Positions 9,055 through 18,422 of a stretch of 64,000 bases of DNA are shown here, in pieces. The notes beneath the pieces were generated by a model. The model did not search any database and was not told the origin of the DNA. It worked only from the letters and a program-made list of their open reading frames with translations. Within the stretch, counting starts at the first letter, position 1; the number at the start of each line of letters is the position of its first letter. Origin of the DNA: a candidate division FCPU426 bacterium (GTDB lineage: Bacteria > Oederibacteriota > JAAXVQ01 > JAUVAV01). Position numbers and translations under genes: made by a program. The stretch is from assembly GCA_030591525.1 (NCBI GenBank), contig JAUVAV010000011.1:309-64308 (forward strand). Reading direction: 5' to 3'.

Positions 9055-9428
9055 TAATCCTGGATACATCCGTTTGGATAGAATTTCTGAAAGGCAAAAG
9101 ATCGTATTTTACAGCAATAAAAGCGCTATTGGAAAATCGACAAATATTGGCAATAGAGTGTGTTTTTGGCGAGTTATTGCAAGGCGCAAAAAATAAAAGG
9201 GAGCGTGAAACAATTGTCCTTTATTGGGATAACCTGCCCAAGGTTAATGATGAGGAACTTTGGATTGAAGCTGGTAAATATTCTTTCGCGCATAGGCTGA
9301 TTTCTAAAGGCGTAGGGTTGATAGATTGCGTGATTATTGTTGCCGCGCGCCGGGAAAATGCGCGGATTTGGTCAATTGATAAAAAGCTTAATTTCTTGCT
9401 GAAAAAAGAAGAAAAGTACGTTATATAG
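9051..9428 (+). CDS. vapC: PIN-domain toxin (VapC)
   Basis: ILDTSVWIE, GELLQG, GLIDCVI, WSIDKKL acidic PIN motifs. Confidence 0.9.
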   Translation: MIILDTSVWIEFLKGKRSYFTAIKALLENRQILAIECVFGELLQGAKNKRERETIVLYWDNLPKVNDEELWIEAGKYSFAHRLISKGVGLIDCVIIVAARRENARIWSIDKKLNFLLKKEEKYVI

Positions 9429-9441
9429 AATATACCGCTCA

Positions 9442-9469
9442 GTAGGGGCGCACGGCCGTGCGCCCCTAC
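9442..9469. repeat. 28-bp perfect GTAG REP palindrome between convergent genes
   Basis: gtaggggcgcacggccgtgcgcccctac. Confidence 0.85.
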
Positions 9470-10488
9470 TACATATTCCCCCGCAAAACCTCCGCATACA
9501 AAGCCACCAGCTGATTACGAATTGCCTGCTTGTCAAACTGGGTTAATAAAATCCGCGAAATATCCCTGGCTTTTTGGCGGAAAGCCTTATCCGCGGCAAT
9601 GCGTTTGGTCAGGCGGATGAATTCATTGGTATCCCCGGCTTTGAGATAGGGATGTTTATAAAGCTGAACGTACTCGGGAATATCCCGGAAAATAACCGGC
9701 AGTCCGGCGGCCGCGGCTTCCAGCGGAACCAGGGGACAATTTTCCTGGTAACTGGGGAAGAGCAGGAGATCAACGGCGTTGTAAATTGCCGGCATGTCAT
9801 TAAGTTCGAAAAGCCCGGGGAATTTAACATGTTCGCCCGCAGCTGCAATCCGCCGATTTAATTTGGCAATGCCCTCGGTCATAAGACCAAAGGGACGTCC
9901 GCCGGCCCATACAAAAGTCAATTCCGGGAAGGCTTCGGCAATGTCCAGAAAATCTTCCACTCCTTTGCGGCCTTGCAGTTGGCCGACACCCAGCACGACG
10001 AAAGAATTTTCGGATAACCCCAGCAGCTTGCGGCCTTGGGCGCGCAATTCAGAAGTGGGAGCGAATTTATCAACCGGGATGGGATTGCCAATCCGCACAA
10101 TGCGGGTATTAGCTTTAAGCTCGCGAATGGCGGATTCCACCATGGGCGAGATGGCGATGCAGACGTCCGCGTAGGAATAAACCCGGCGGAAATACCAGCG
10201 CACAAAAGGCATAAAGAGCTTCCAGCAGGGCAGGGATCCTTTAATGGAATCCGGAATGACATGCACCGTAAATATTTTGCGTCCGGGATAGCGGCGTCCT
10301 TTCCAGAAATAATACGGACCGTAAGTGTGCGCGTGCAGAACATCGCCCCAGCCTTGGCCGTTGACCACGACTTCAATATCATCATTCAGCTTGAGCAGAT
10401 CCACGCAGTCAATAAAAGCGGTATGCACGCCTTGGCCTTTAATAACAAATTCGGTTTCGGAAAGCACATGAATACGAGATTTTTTCAC
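9469..10488 (-). CDS. GT4 glycosyltransferase (diacylglycerol glycosyltransferase-like)
   Basis: GQGVHTAF, HAHTYGP, GVGQLQGRKG, FPSYQENCPLVPLEAAAAG (E-x7-E). Confidence 0.88.
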   Translation of the reverse strand: MKKSRIHVLSETEFVIKGQGVHTAFIDCVDLLKLNDDIEVVVNGQGWGDVLHAHTYGPYYFWKGRRYPGRKIFTVHVIPDSIKGSLPCWKLFMPFVRWYFRRVYSYADVCIAISPMVESAIRELKANTRIVRIGNPIPVDKFAPTSELRAQGRKLLGLSENSFVVLGVGQLQGRKGVEDFLDIAEAFPELTFVWAGGRPFGLMTEGIAKLNRRIAAAGEHVKFPGLFELNDMPAIYNAVDLLLFPSYQENCPLVPLEAAAAGLPVIFRDIPEYVQLYKHPYLKAGDTNEFIRLTKRIAADKAFRQKARDISRILLTQFDKQAIRNQLVALYAEVLRGNM

Positions 10489-10611
10489 TTAAAATTCCTT
10501 TAATATGGGTTTAAAAAAAACATATTATCATATTAAGGTCATTGCTGTAATGGAAAATGTGGGTTATGTGTAAATGTGAAATTGCGATTCGCGGGTATGT
10601 ATTGTGATTTC

Positions 10612-10683
10612 GTAGGGGCGGGTTCCAAACCCGCCCATCGTGAGATTTGTAACCACGGGCCGGCATGGAAGCCGGCCCCCTAC
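10612..10683. repeat. GTAG REP doublet (REPIN-like)
   Basis: gtaggggcgggttccaaacccgccc ... gggccggcatggaagccggccccctac; same unit types as the 4.4-4.8 kb array. Confidence 0.8.
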
Positions 10684-10746
10684 AAATGCAAAAGGCGCAA
10701 AGATGATGTTTTTCCTGCGCCCCCTATGGCTAACCGTAAAAAAATA

Positions 10747-10789
10747 TTGACAAAAATAAGCCTTCCATAATAAAATAAGGCATGCCTAA
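10747..10789 (+). promoter_or_regulatory. Promoter of the receptor/Ton/chelatase operon with candidate DtxR-family operator
   Basis: TTGACA (10747), TAAAAT (10771), near-palindrome TAAGG-CATG-CCTAA at 10776-10789. Layout resembles the 4816 promoter. Confidence 0.6.
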
Positions 10790-10875
10790 TAAAGGCGGCT
10801 TTTTTTTGTTTAATAAGTAAGGCGCAACAAAAAATACAAGGAGCGCCAAAAATAAAAAAAGAAAAGGAGAAAAAA

Positions 10876-13065
10876 ATGCAAGAGAAAAAAGTTAAAGCAG
10901 TAAAATTATTCAGTGCAGCATTATTGTCAATGGCGGTTTTATATCAAGGAACCGTGGCGGCCCGGGTGCAGGGAATACAGGAATATAGAATGGAGCAGGT
11001 GGTGGTGACTGGGACGAAATCGAAACGGGTGCTTTCTGACGTTCCGGTGCGCACAGAAGTTATCACGGCCGAGGATCTGGAATTAAAAGGCGCGGTTAAT
11101 TTATACGAAGCCCTGGACGGCGTACCGGGTATCAGGGTGGAAGAGCAATGTTCTTACTGCAATTTTTCCATGGTGCGCATGCAGGGCTTGTCCGGGGATA
11201 ATGTCCAGATCCTGATTGACGGTCAGCCGATTTATACCGGCCTGGCGGCGGTCTATGGTTTGCAGCAGATACCGGCTTCCAGTATCGAGCGTATCGAGGT
11301 GGTCAAGGGCGCCGGCTCTGCCCTTTACGGCAGCAAGGCGGTCTCCGGGGTGATAAATGTAATCACTAAAAAGCCGGGTAAAAAGCCTTCCCTGGAGGTT
11401 GCCACCAGTTTGGGGACGCATAATACTAATAATTACTCCATGAATGCTTCGGCCCGGTTTAATGAAAAGGTGGATATCCTGATTACCGGGCAAAAAAGCA
11501 GCGGCGATATCATTGATGAAAATCAGGATATGGCATCCGACCGCGTATGGAGCAACAATATGTCCAATACGTTTAAAGTAAATATTCATGATATTTTTGG
11601 CCGGGATGTTATTCAGGTTAACGGCCGGTTTATTGAAGAGGCCAGAAAAGGCGGTGAACTGCCGGATGCCTATCTAAATCCTTTTAACGAGGGAAGCGAA
11701 CATATCAATACTATCCGGCAGGAAGCTTCGCTGGGTTATAGCCGGGATTTTGACGCCGGCCAGGCATGCGATTTTAATTTTACCTATACCCGGCATAATC
11801 GTGATGCCACCAATGACACCTTTCTCGGTGACTTCCTTGACATTAACGGGAATTATCCCACTAGCGACCTGCTTCTGCCCTATCTGGCCGGCGAGACGCT
11901 TTATTTTGCGGATACCAATTTTACCCAGCCCTTTACGGCCGGCGGAGAGCATCGCCTTCTGGGCGGGGTGTCATTTAGCCATAATTACCTTAAAGAGAGC
12001 GGCATGTATGTGATTGTGGATGATACGGATCCGAATTATGGGTCGCCCTATAAGTCCCACAGCTTTAAAGAGGCTGATGATTGGGGCCTTTACATCCAGG
12101 ATGAGTGGGCCCTAATGGAAAATTTGGAATTGGTGATCGGCGGACGCTATGACAGGCATAAGTCCAAAAGTATATTCAGCGGAGGCGAGGAACTGGGGCT
12201 TTTGCCGAGGGAACTGGTTTTTGAGGCGGATTCCTTTATGCCGCGCAGCGGCCTGATGGTCAAGCCGCTCCCGGAAATGACGGTCCGGGCGGCCATTGGC
12301 CAGGGATTCAGGGTGCCGTTTGGATTTGCCGAAGACCTGCACCTTTGCAGCGGATCACCCCGGGTTTTTAAAAGCGAGAACTTAAAGGCGGAAAAATCCA
12401 TCAGCTATAACGCAAGTATTGATTATGGGCGGGCCTGGTATAACCTCAGCCTGAATATTTTTAGAACCGATCTTACTGATAAAATAGATTTAGCAGACGC
12501 GGAAGACGGCAGCCCGGCCGCAAGCCTGGGCTATGATTATGTATGGGAGAATCTGGGCAAGGCCTATACCCAGGGGCTGGAACTGGGCGCGGAGCTGAGT
12601 CCGCTTAATAACTTGATTTTGAAAGCGGATTTTACCTGCACTGACGCTCAGTACCAGGAGGCGCGCGGAGATTGGGAGAATCATCCGGTCCATGGCGATA
12701 AATATTTCGCAGATAGCAAATATATTTCGCGGGTTCCCCAATTTTCAGCCGGTGCCGATGTTGTCGCACAGCCGGGGAGTTGGAAATTTTTCGCCGGCCT
12801 TGACCTGATTGGGCCGCAATACATTGATTACAATGCCAATGATGACGTGGAGGATCCGGCCAGCGAAATAGTAAAGACCGATTCCTATATGATTATGAAC
12901 TTGAGCGCAGCCTATACTTTCCAGGAGATAGGTTTAACCCTGTTGGCCGGGGCGAAGAATCTATGGGATGAAAGACAGACTGATAAGCGGCCGGATGACG
13001 CCGCCTTTATTTACAAACCCCTGACCGGCCGCATTTTATATGCCGGAGCTAAAATAGCGTTTTAA
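10876..13065 (+). CDS. TonB-dependent outer-membrane receptor 1
   Basis: Signal peptide, TonB box (EQVVVTG), plug (ILIDG, IERIEVVKGAGSALYG, GVINVITK), C-terminal F. CSYC in the plug. Confidence 0.95.
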   Translation: MQEKKVKAVKLFSAALLSMAVLYQGTVAARVQGIQEYRMEQVVVTGTKSKRVLSDVPVRTEVITAEDLELKGAVNLYEALDGVPGIRVEEQCSYCNFSMVRMQGLSGDNVQILIDGQPIYTGLAAVYGLQQIPASSIERIEVVKGAGSALYGSKAVSGVINVITKKPGKKPSLEVATSLGTHNTNNYSMNASARFNEKVDILITGQKSSGDIIDENQDMASDRVWSNNMSNTFKVNIHDIFGRDVIQVNGRFIEEARKGGELPDAYLNPFNEGSEHINTIRQEASLGYSRDFDAGQACDFNFTYTRHNRDATNDTFLGDFLDINGNYPTSDLLLPYLAGETLYFADTNFTQPFTAGGEHRLLGGVSFSHNYLKESGMYVIVDDTDPNYGSPYKSHSFKEADDWGLYIQDEWALMENLELVIGGRYDRHKSKSIFSGGEELGLLPRELVFEADSFMPRSGLMVKPLPEMTVRAAIGQGFRVPFGFAEDLHLCSGSPRVFKSENLKAEKSISYNASIDYGRAWYNLSLNIFRTDLTDKIDLADAEDGSPAASLGYDYVWENLGKAYTQGLELGAELSPLNNLILKADFTCTDAQYQEARGDWENHPVHGDKYFADSKYISRVPQFSAGADVVAQPGSWKFFAGLDLIGPQYIDYNANDDVEDPASEIVKTDSYMIMNLSAAYTFQEIGLTLLAGAKNLWDERQTDKRPDDAAFIYKPLTGRILYAGAKIAF

Positions 13066-13070
13066 GCGAT

Positions 13071-13136
13071 GGGGGGACGTTCTCAATTTAACAACTTAAT
13101 TGTCTCTTTAAGTTGTTAAATTGAGAACGTCCCCCC
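13071..13136. repeat. Perfect 29-bp inverted repeat with 8-nt loop, intra-operonic
   Basis: ggggggacgttctcaatttaacaacttaa / ttaagttgttaaattgagaacgtcccccc. Confidence 0.9.
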
Positions 13137-13153
13137 GCTATAAGAGGAAAGAG

Positions 13154-14026
13154 ATGATGATCCGAAAAAGAGAAAATAAAAGGGATGCCGGCATAAGAGT
13201 CTTGGCGCTGGCTTTGTCCGCCATGGCATGCTGCCTAGGTGTTTGCGCTGCCCAGGAGGGTTTGCCTGATCAGCATAAAGAACTGTACCAAGCGCACAAA
13301 ATAACGTATCGCGAATCGCATAAGGCGGTCGCGCTTACCCGGACCTTGGAAAGCCTGGCGGAAAAACTGGCGCGCCTTCAGCAGCAGGTGGAAATGGAGA
13401 AACAATCCTGGCAGGAGGAAAAGGCCAACCTGGAACAAACATTCAAACTTCTGCGTAAAGAGAAAACCCTGCTGGAAAAAGAAATCCGCACTACGAAAAA
13501 AAATAAAAATACTCAAAGGGCTGAGCGCGCGCAGTGGCTGGAGGAAGAACGGCGGTATACAAAGGTTTTGGGAAATTGCGGTCCCACGCTGAGCCGGGCG
13601 GAAGCGAATTTATTAAAATGGCAAAAGCGTTTGCCGCCGGCTTTGCTCTTGCTTCTGAAAAAGCAGTTCAACCGACTGAACCGCAGCCATGAGCGGTCCG
13701 TGTCGCAAAGGCTGCAATTGGTTCTGAATTTATACGGAAAAATCGAAGGATTTCAGCATAGGGCACATTTGGTCAGGGAGGTTTTAACCATAAAGGGAGG
13801 GCGGAAAAAAGAATTTGATGTGCTTTACCTGGGCTTGGCGCAGGGATTTGCCGTCAGCCGGGACAACCAACAAGCCGGTCTGGGACGTCCGGACATAGGA
13901 ACCTGGAACTGGGACTGGCATCCGGAATTGATAGGTAAGATACGGCTAAGTATGGACTATTACCGGCATAATAAAACCGCGGATTTTGTGCTCTTGCCCC
14001 TGCGCATTAACAAGGAATTGCCATGA
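13154..14026 (+). CDS. DUF3450-like coiled-coil protein of TtpC-type TonB systems
   Basis: Signal peptide, long coiled coil, SQRLQ, VLYLGLAQ, W-x-W, LP motifs; position before the long ExbB. Confidence 0.7.
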   Translation: MMIRKRENKRDAGIRVLALALSAMACCLGVCAAQEGLPDQHKELYQAHKITYRESHKAVALTRTLESLAEKLARLQQQVEMEKQSWQEEKANLEQTFKLLRKEKTLLEKEIRTTKKNKNTQRAERAQWLEEERRYTKVLGNCGPTLSRAEANLLKWQKRLPPALLLLLKKQFNRLNRSHERSVSQRLQLVLNLYGKIEGFQHRAHLVREVLTIKGGRKKEFDVLYLGLAQGFAVSRDNQQAGLGRPDIGTWNWDWHPELIGKIRLSMDYYRHNKTADFVLLPLRINKELP

Positions 14027-15411
14027 AGCGGCTATTAACGCTGATTTCAATGCTGGCCATTATTCAAACCATTGGGACGTCTGCCGGGGCGGGCAATAAA
14101 TTGGATCAGGCTGTTCTGGCCCTGGAAGCGGACATTAAAAAAGCGAGCTCCCAATTAACGGAGCTCCGCAAGCGGCATTCCGCGGAGCGGATCATGCTGA
14201 GCCGCAGGATCGCCGAATTGGAAAGCGGAATTATTCCCCTCAGGGAAAAGCGGCAGGAGCTGAAAGATATAATCTGGATGAAGGAGACCGGTTATCAGCA
14301 GTTGCAGGCTCGGGCAGGTTCTTTAAAAGAAGAGGTGAGTTTCTGCGCCTCCCTGCTCTCGGAGTATTACCGGGAGATGACGGTCCGCATGACCTTGGCA
14401 GAGGAAAACCATTTAAAAGAAACCAGGCCGGAGATTGACCGGGTTTTGAGGGCAGAATCTTCGGAAACCGTGCTGGAGGGCATTCAGCCCATGCTGGATA
14501 TGATCAGCCATCAAAACCAAGTTAACCTGGGCGGGACAGTCTTTAAAGGACAGGCTTTGGATAAAAACGGTTTGCTCTATTCCGGAACTTTTGTCCGGGC
14601 CGGACCAATTGATTTTTTTGTGGATGATAAAGGAAAGACAGCGGGTCTGACCGGCTTAAACCCGGGAAGTGCCATTCCGCAAATTATATTAGGATTAAAC
14701 GCGGAGAATCTGCAGGACCTGGCTCTTGGCCGCGAAGCCGAGGTATTGCTGGATTTTACCTTGGGCGAAGCTATAAAGGTGAAACAGCATAAAAAATCCT
14801 GGTTCCAGCATATCCGGGCCGGCGGGATTGTCATGATTCCCATATTGGGACTGGGCCTGCTCTGTCTGGGAGTGGCGATTCGGAAATTCATTGAACTGCG
14901 GAAATTAAAAACCCATGTAGAACCGGTTATCGCCAATGTTCTGGCTTTTATTCATCGCGGCGATATTCAGCAGGCCGGGAACGAAGCCCGGAAAGCGGGA
15001 GCGCCGATTGCGCCGGTTTTGGCCGAAGGCGTACACCATTATAACGCGCCTCAGGAGCATATTGAGGAAATAATGCATGAACAGATTTTAAGCCAAATTC
15101 CGGCCCTGGAAAAAAACCTTCCGGTTTTAGCCGTATCAGCCGCGGTCTTGCCGCTTTTAGGTCTGTTAGGCACGGTTACCGGTATGGTCCATACTTTTGA
15201 CCTGATGGCGATTTTCGGAACCGGCAAAGTAAACCTGCTTTCCGGGGGTATCAGCGAGGCCTTGATCACAACGGAATTCGGTCTGATAACCGCCATTCCC
15301 GCACTCCTGGTTCACGCTTATTTATCAAAGCGGGTTAAAACCGTGGTCCATACCATGGAACAAACCGCGATTGCTTTTGTGAATGGATTGCATATCAGGA
15401 AGAAAAAATGA
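14023..15411 (+). CDS. Long MotA/TolQ/ExbB protein (TtpC-like)
   Basis: Signal peptide and N-terminal extension, then GGIVMIPI, PLLGLLGTVTGM, GISEALITTEFGL. Confidence 0.88.
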   Translation: MKRLLTLISMLAIIQTIGTSAGAGNKLDQAVLALEADIKKASSQLTELRKRHSAERIMLSRRIAELESGIIPLREKRQELKDIIWMKETGYQQLQARAGSLKEEVSFCASLLSEYYREMTVRMTLAEENHLKETRPEIDRVLRAESSETVLEGIQPMLDMISHQNQVNLGGTVFKGQALDKNGLLYSGTFVRAGPIDFFVDDKGKTAGLTGLNPGSAIPQIILGLNAENLQDLALGREAEVLLDFTLGEAIKVKQHKKSWFQHIRAGGIVMIPILGLGLLCLGVAIRKFIELRKLKTHVEPVIANVLAFIHRGDIQQAGNEARKAGAPIAPVLAEGVHHYNAPQEHIEEIMHEQILSQIPALEKNLPVLAVSAAVLPLLGLLGTVTGMVHTFDLMAIFGTGKVNLLSGGISEALITTEFGLITAIPALLVHAYLSKRVKTVVHTMEQTAIAFVNGLHIRKKK

Positions 15412-16034
15412 ATAACCTGATAGAGAGTTTCCAGTACTGGATCAAAGGTGGCTGGCTGCTTATTCCCCTGGCCGGAGTCTGCATATTTATCTGGTACTAC
15501 TTTATAAAAATGAATGGGCGTTTAAAAAAACTTCTGTCCGCGCCCGAGGGTATAGAAGACGAACTGCAGGAGGAATTGGCCAGGAGCCATAGCTGGAGCC
15601 GGGTAAAACCTCCGGCTTTGGGCCAGGCTTGCCGAATAAACTACATGATCGCTTATGCCATTGAAAGGCTCAGACAAGGCCGGGATTTAATCCATATCTT
15701 CAGCGAGATGAGACAAAAAGAGTTTGCGCCTTTTGAGCGTGATCTGGCCGTGCTGAGCGCGCTGGTAACTTCCGCCCCTTTGCTGGGATTGCTGGGCACA
15801 GTGTTCGGCATGGTTAATACCTTTTCAGCCATTGCGGAACGGTCCAGCCAAACCACGGAATTAATGGCCTCGGGGATCAGCCAGGCCCTGATTACCACCC
15901 AATTTGGCCTGATTATCGCGATTCCCGGCATTTTCGGCATTTCCTTGCTGCGGAAAAAACTGCAACAGGTAGAGGTGCGTTTTTCAGCATTGCAAATTCA
16001 CTTTTCTTTAGGCCTGCACCGGAGGGGGCAATGA
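15408..16034 (+). CDS. exbB: ExbB proton-channel protein
   Basis: APLLGLLGTVFGM, GISQALITTQFGLIIAIP. Confidence 0.88.
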   Translation: MNNLIESFQYWIKGGWLLIPLAGVCIFIWYYFIKMNGRLKKLLSAPEGIEDELQEELARSHSWSRVKPPALGQACRINYMIAYAIERLRQGRDLIHIFSEMRQKEFAPFERDLAVLSALVTSAPLLGLLGTVFGMVNTFSAIAERSSQTTELMASGISQALITTQFGLIIAIPGIFGISLLRKKLQQVEVRFSALQIHFSLGLHRRGQ

Positions 16035-16432
16035 ACCGTCATCGATATTTACAATCTTCGGACTCGGTGGAGATCAATATATCGCCATTGATTGATATGA
16101 TGTTTTTACTGCTGATATTTTTTATCGTGACCACTGCTTTTGTGGAAGAGATTGGCATACAAATCCAGAAACCCAAGGCTGCCAGCGCGCAAAATCTGGA
16201 AAAGCAAAGCATCATGCTGGGAGTTTCGGAAAACGGCGGCGTAATTTATGGCGGTAATGAAATCGGGCTGAGCGGTGTTCGCGCTTTAGTATCCCGCCTG
16301 CTGAAAGACCGGGAGCGGCCCGTGATTATTATTGCCGACACCCAGAGCCGGAGCGGAATAGTAGTGGATGTGATAGATGAATGCAAACTGGCCGGAGCCA
16401 AACAGGTAAGTATTGCCACGGAGGCGGAATGA
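16031..16432 (+). CDS. exbD: ExbD
   Basis: INISPLIDMMFLLLIFFIVT; IIAD...VVDVIDECKLAG. Confidence 0.92.
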   Translation: MNRHRYLQSSDSVEINISPLIDMMFLLLIFFIVTTAFVEEIGIQIQKPKAASAQNLEKQSIMLGVSENGGVIYGGNEIGLSGVRALVSRLLKDRERPVIIIADTQSRSGIVVDVIDECKLAGAKQVSIATEAE

Positions 16433-17079
16433 ACCCCCCCAGGTTGTATTGTCCGGATATGGGACCGAAGTGGAGCTATAAGGTGGCAATTGCCGGTATT
16501 CTGATTACTCTGGGCATTTTTTTATCATTGCCCCTGCTCGATATGCTGGTTCGTCAGAAAAAACGGCTTAAAATTCGCCAGGTCTCGGTCACGGAGATAC
16601 GCAAGACATTGCCGCGTATTCCGCCGCCCATAAGAAAAAGGACAAAAGCCTGGAAGCCTAAGTTGGCCGAGCCCCGGCAGAGTCTCGCCATGACGCGAAT
16701 TAATGCCGCTTTGAGCCTGGAACCGGGCTTCGGGGATTTCAGCCTGAATTTTGGGCCATCCCTGATGGCAGGGGCCGGGGATCTGGTTTTTGATATTTCC
16801 GAGGTGGACCAACCACCCCGGGGAGTATTTACAATGTTGCCGATATATCCCCTGGCCGCGAAGTTAAAAAACTTGAAGGGCCGGGTAGTGCTGGCATTTG
16901 TTGTCAAGGGTGACGGCACGGTTGACCGGATAGCAGTCCAATCCGCATCGCCCGCCGGTGTGTTTGAGCAGGCAGCGATTAATGCGGTAAAAAAGTGGCG
17001 GTTTAAACCGGGGACCAGGAGGGGCAAGCCCGTGGCCACGCGGGTTATTCAGCCCCTGGAGTTTAGTTTGGAGAGATAG
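16429..17079 (+). CDS. tonB: TonB energy transducer
   Basis: N-terminal TM, Pro-rich linker, YPLAAK..GRV, FEQAAINAVKKWRFKP. ATG overlaps the exbD stop. Confidence 0.9.
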   Translation: MNPPRLYCPDMGPKWSYKVAIAGILITLGIFLSLPLLDMLVRQKKRLKIRQVSVTEIRKTLPRIPPPIRKRTKAWKPKLAEPRQSLAMTRINAALSLEPGFGDFSLNFGPSLMAGAGDLVFDISEVDQPPRGVFTMLPIYPLAAKLKNLKGRVVLAFVVKGDGTVDRIAVQSASPAGVFEQAAINAVKKWRFKPGTRRGKPVATRVIQPLEFSLER

Positions 17080-17089
17080 GGAGAAGAAA

Positions 17090-18412
17090 ATGCGAATAAG
17101 AAATATACCCATCCGCTGCCTTTTATTTGTATGTGTGTTTGGGATCCCAATGTTTTTACACGCTGAACGCGGCTATTCCGGCGATAAAATGCCGGAGTCA
17201 AGCGAGCCTAAGGTTACCACGCAGGAAGCGGAAATATTAAATCGGATTTCAGCAGCAATTAAAAAAGATCAAGAAATTCCTGAAATAATTGAATTTCTTA
17301 AATCCCGGATTAAGCATGATTCAAGTCCGGCTCTGGATTTTGCTTTGGGAAACCTTTGTTTTCAGTCCGGCGAATTGAAAAAAGCTGAATCAGCTTACCG
17401 GGCGGCGTTGAAAAAAATGCCGGCTTTTTCCCGGGCGCGGGCGAATCTGGCGAGAGTTATGCTCCAACAGGGTGAAAGCGATACGGCCTTAAAGGAATTG
17501 CAATCCTTGCTTCTGCGCGGAGCGGTTAAACCTTCGACCATGACATTGCTGGGATACACATATTTAATAAAGGGCGAACCAATTCCGGCTGAATCCGCCT
17601 ACCGGCAGGCGCTGCTGTATAAACCTGATGATGTTAATGCCTATTTAGGATTGGCCAAATCCTTGCTGGAACAAGAACGTTATAAAGAGTCGGGAAAAAT
17701 CCTGGAAGACGTGATTGAGGAATTTCCCTTGCGGGGAGAATTATGGTCTCTTTTGGCAAATACCCGCCTGGCTTTGGAACAGCCCATGCGCGCGATCGCG
17801 GCCCTGGAGAGCGCCCGGCGGCTGGAAGCAGCTTCGCCTGAAGCGCTGGCGACCCTGGGCGACCTGTTGATAAACCAGGGCCAACCCCATGCGGCCCGGG
17901 AAGTCTATGACGAAGCTTTTGCTAAAGAAAAGCCCTCGATTGACAGATTATTGCGCGCCATTGACGCATTCCTGATGGTCAGAGATACCATGGGCGTGAG
18001 CGCCATGCTGAAGCGGGCCAGGGTTCTGGAAAAAAAGGTGTTATTAACCGCTGCTCAGCGTAAAAAAATACATTGGCAATCGGCCCGGGAGGCTCAAATC
18101 AATGGCAAAATAAGAGAGGCTTTAAAAGCCTATCAACAGCTTCTGGAAGAAGATCCGCTGAATACCCGGGTCTTGCTGGCAATGGGTGATATCTACCAGG
18201 AGGAAAAGGAGTACGAGCGGGCCCTTTTAGCCTATGAACGGGCCGGCCGGCTGGGGGAGATGAAGATTACAGCGCTTATCCGGCAGGCCCGGGTCGAGGT
18301 GAAACGGGGGAATTATCAACGGGCCATTGAGCATCTGGAAGAGGCCCAGTATCTGCAGCCCCAGCCGCACGTGGCTAAATATCTTGAGCAGGTCAGGCGC
18401 TTGGTGAGGTAA
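17090..18412 (+). CDS. Exported TPR protein (TtpD-like)
   Basis: Signal peptide; repeated TPR patterns (LGN..F..G...AE.AY..AL...P). Confidence 0.85.
   Translation: MRIRNIPIRCLLFVCVFGIPMFLHAERGYSGDKMPESSEPKVTTQEAEILNRISAAIKKDQEIPEIIEFLKSRIKHDSSPALDFALGNLCFQSGELKKAESAYRAALKKMPAFSRARANLARVMLQQGESDTALKELQSLLLRGAVKPSTMTLLGYTYLIKGEPIPAESAYRQALLYKPDDVNAYLGLAKSLLEQERYKESGKILEDVIEEFPLRGELWSLLANTRLALEQPMRAIAALESARRLEAASPEALATLGDLLINQGQPHAAREVYDEAFAKEKPSIDRLLRAIDAFLMVRDTMGVSAMLKRARVLEKKVLLTAAQRKKIHWQSAREAQINGKIREALKAYQQLLEEDPLNTRVLLAMGDIYQEEKEYERALLAYERAGRLGEMKITALIRQARVEVKRGNYQRAIEHLEEAQYLQPQPHVAKYLEQVRRLVR
18283..18397 (+). repeat. 115-bp direct repeat, copy 1 (3' end of the TPR gene)
   Basis: 4 mismatches relative to 27497-27611. 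Confidence 0.92.
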
Positions 18413-18422
18413 GGAATAAAAT

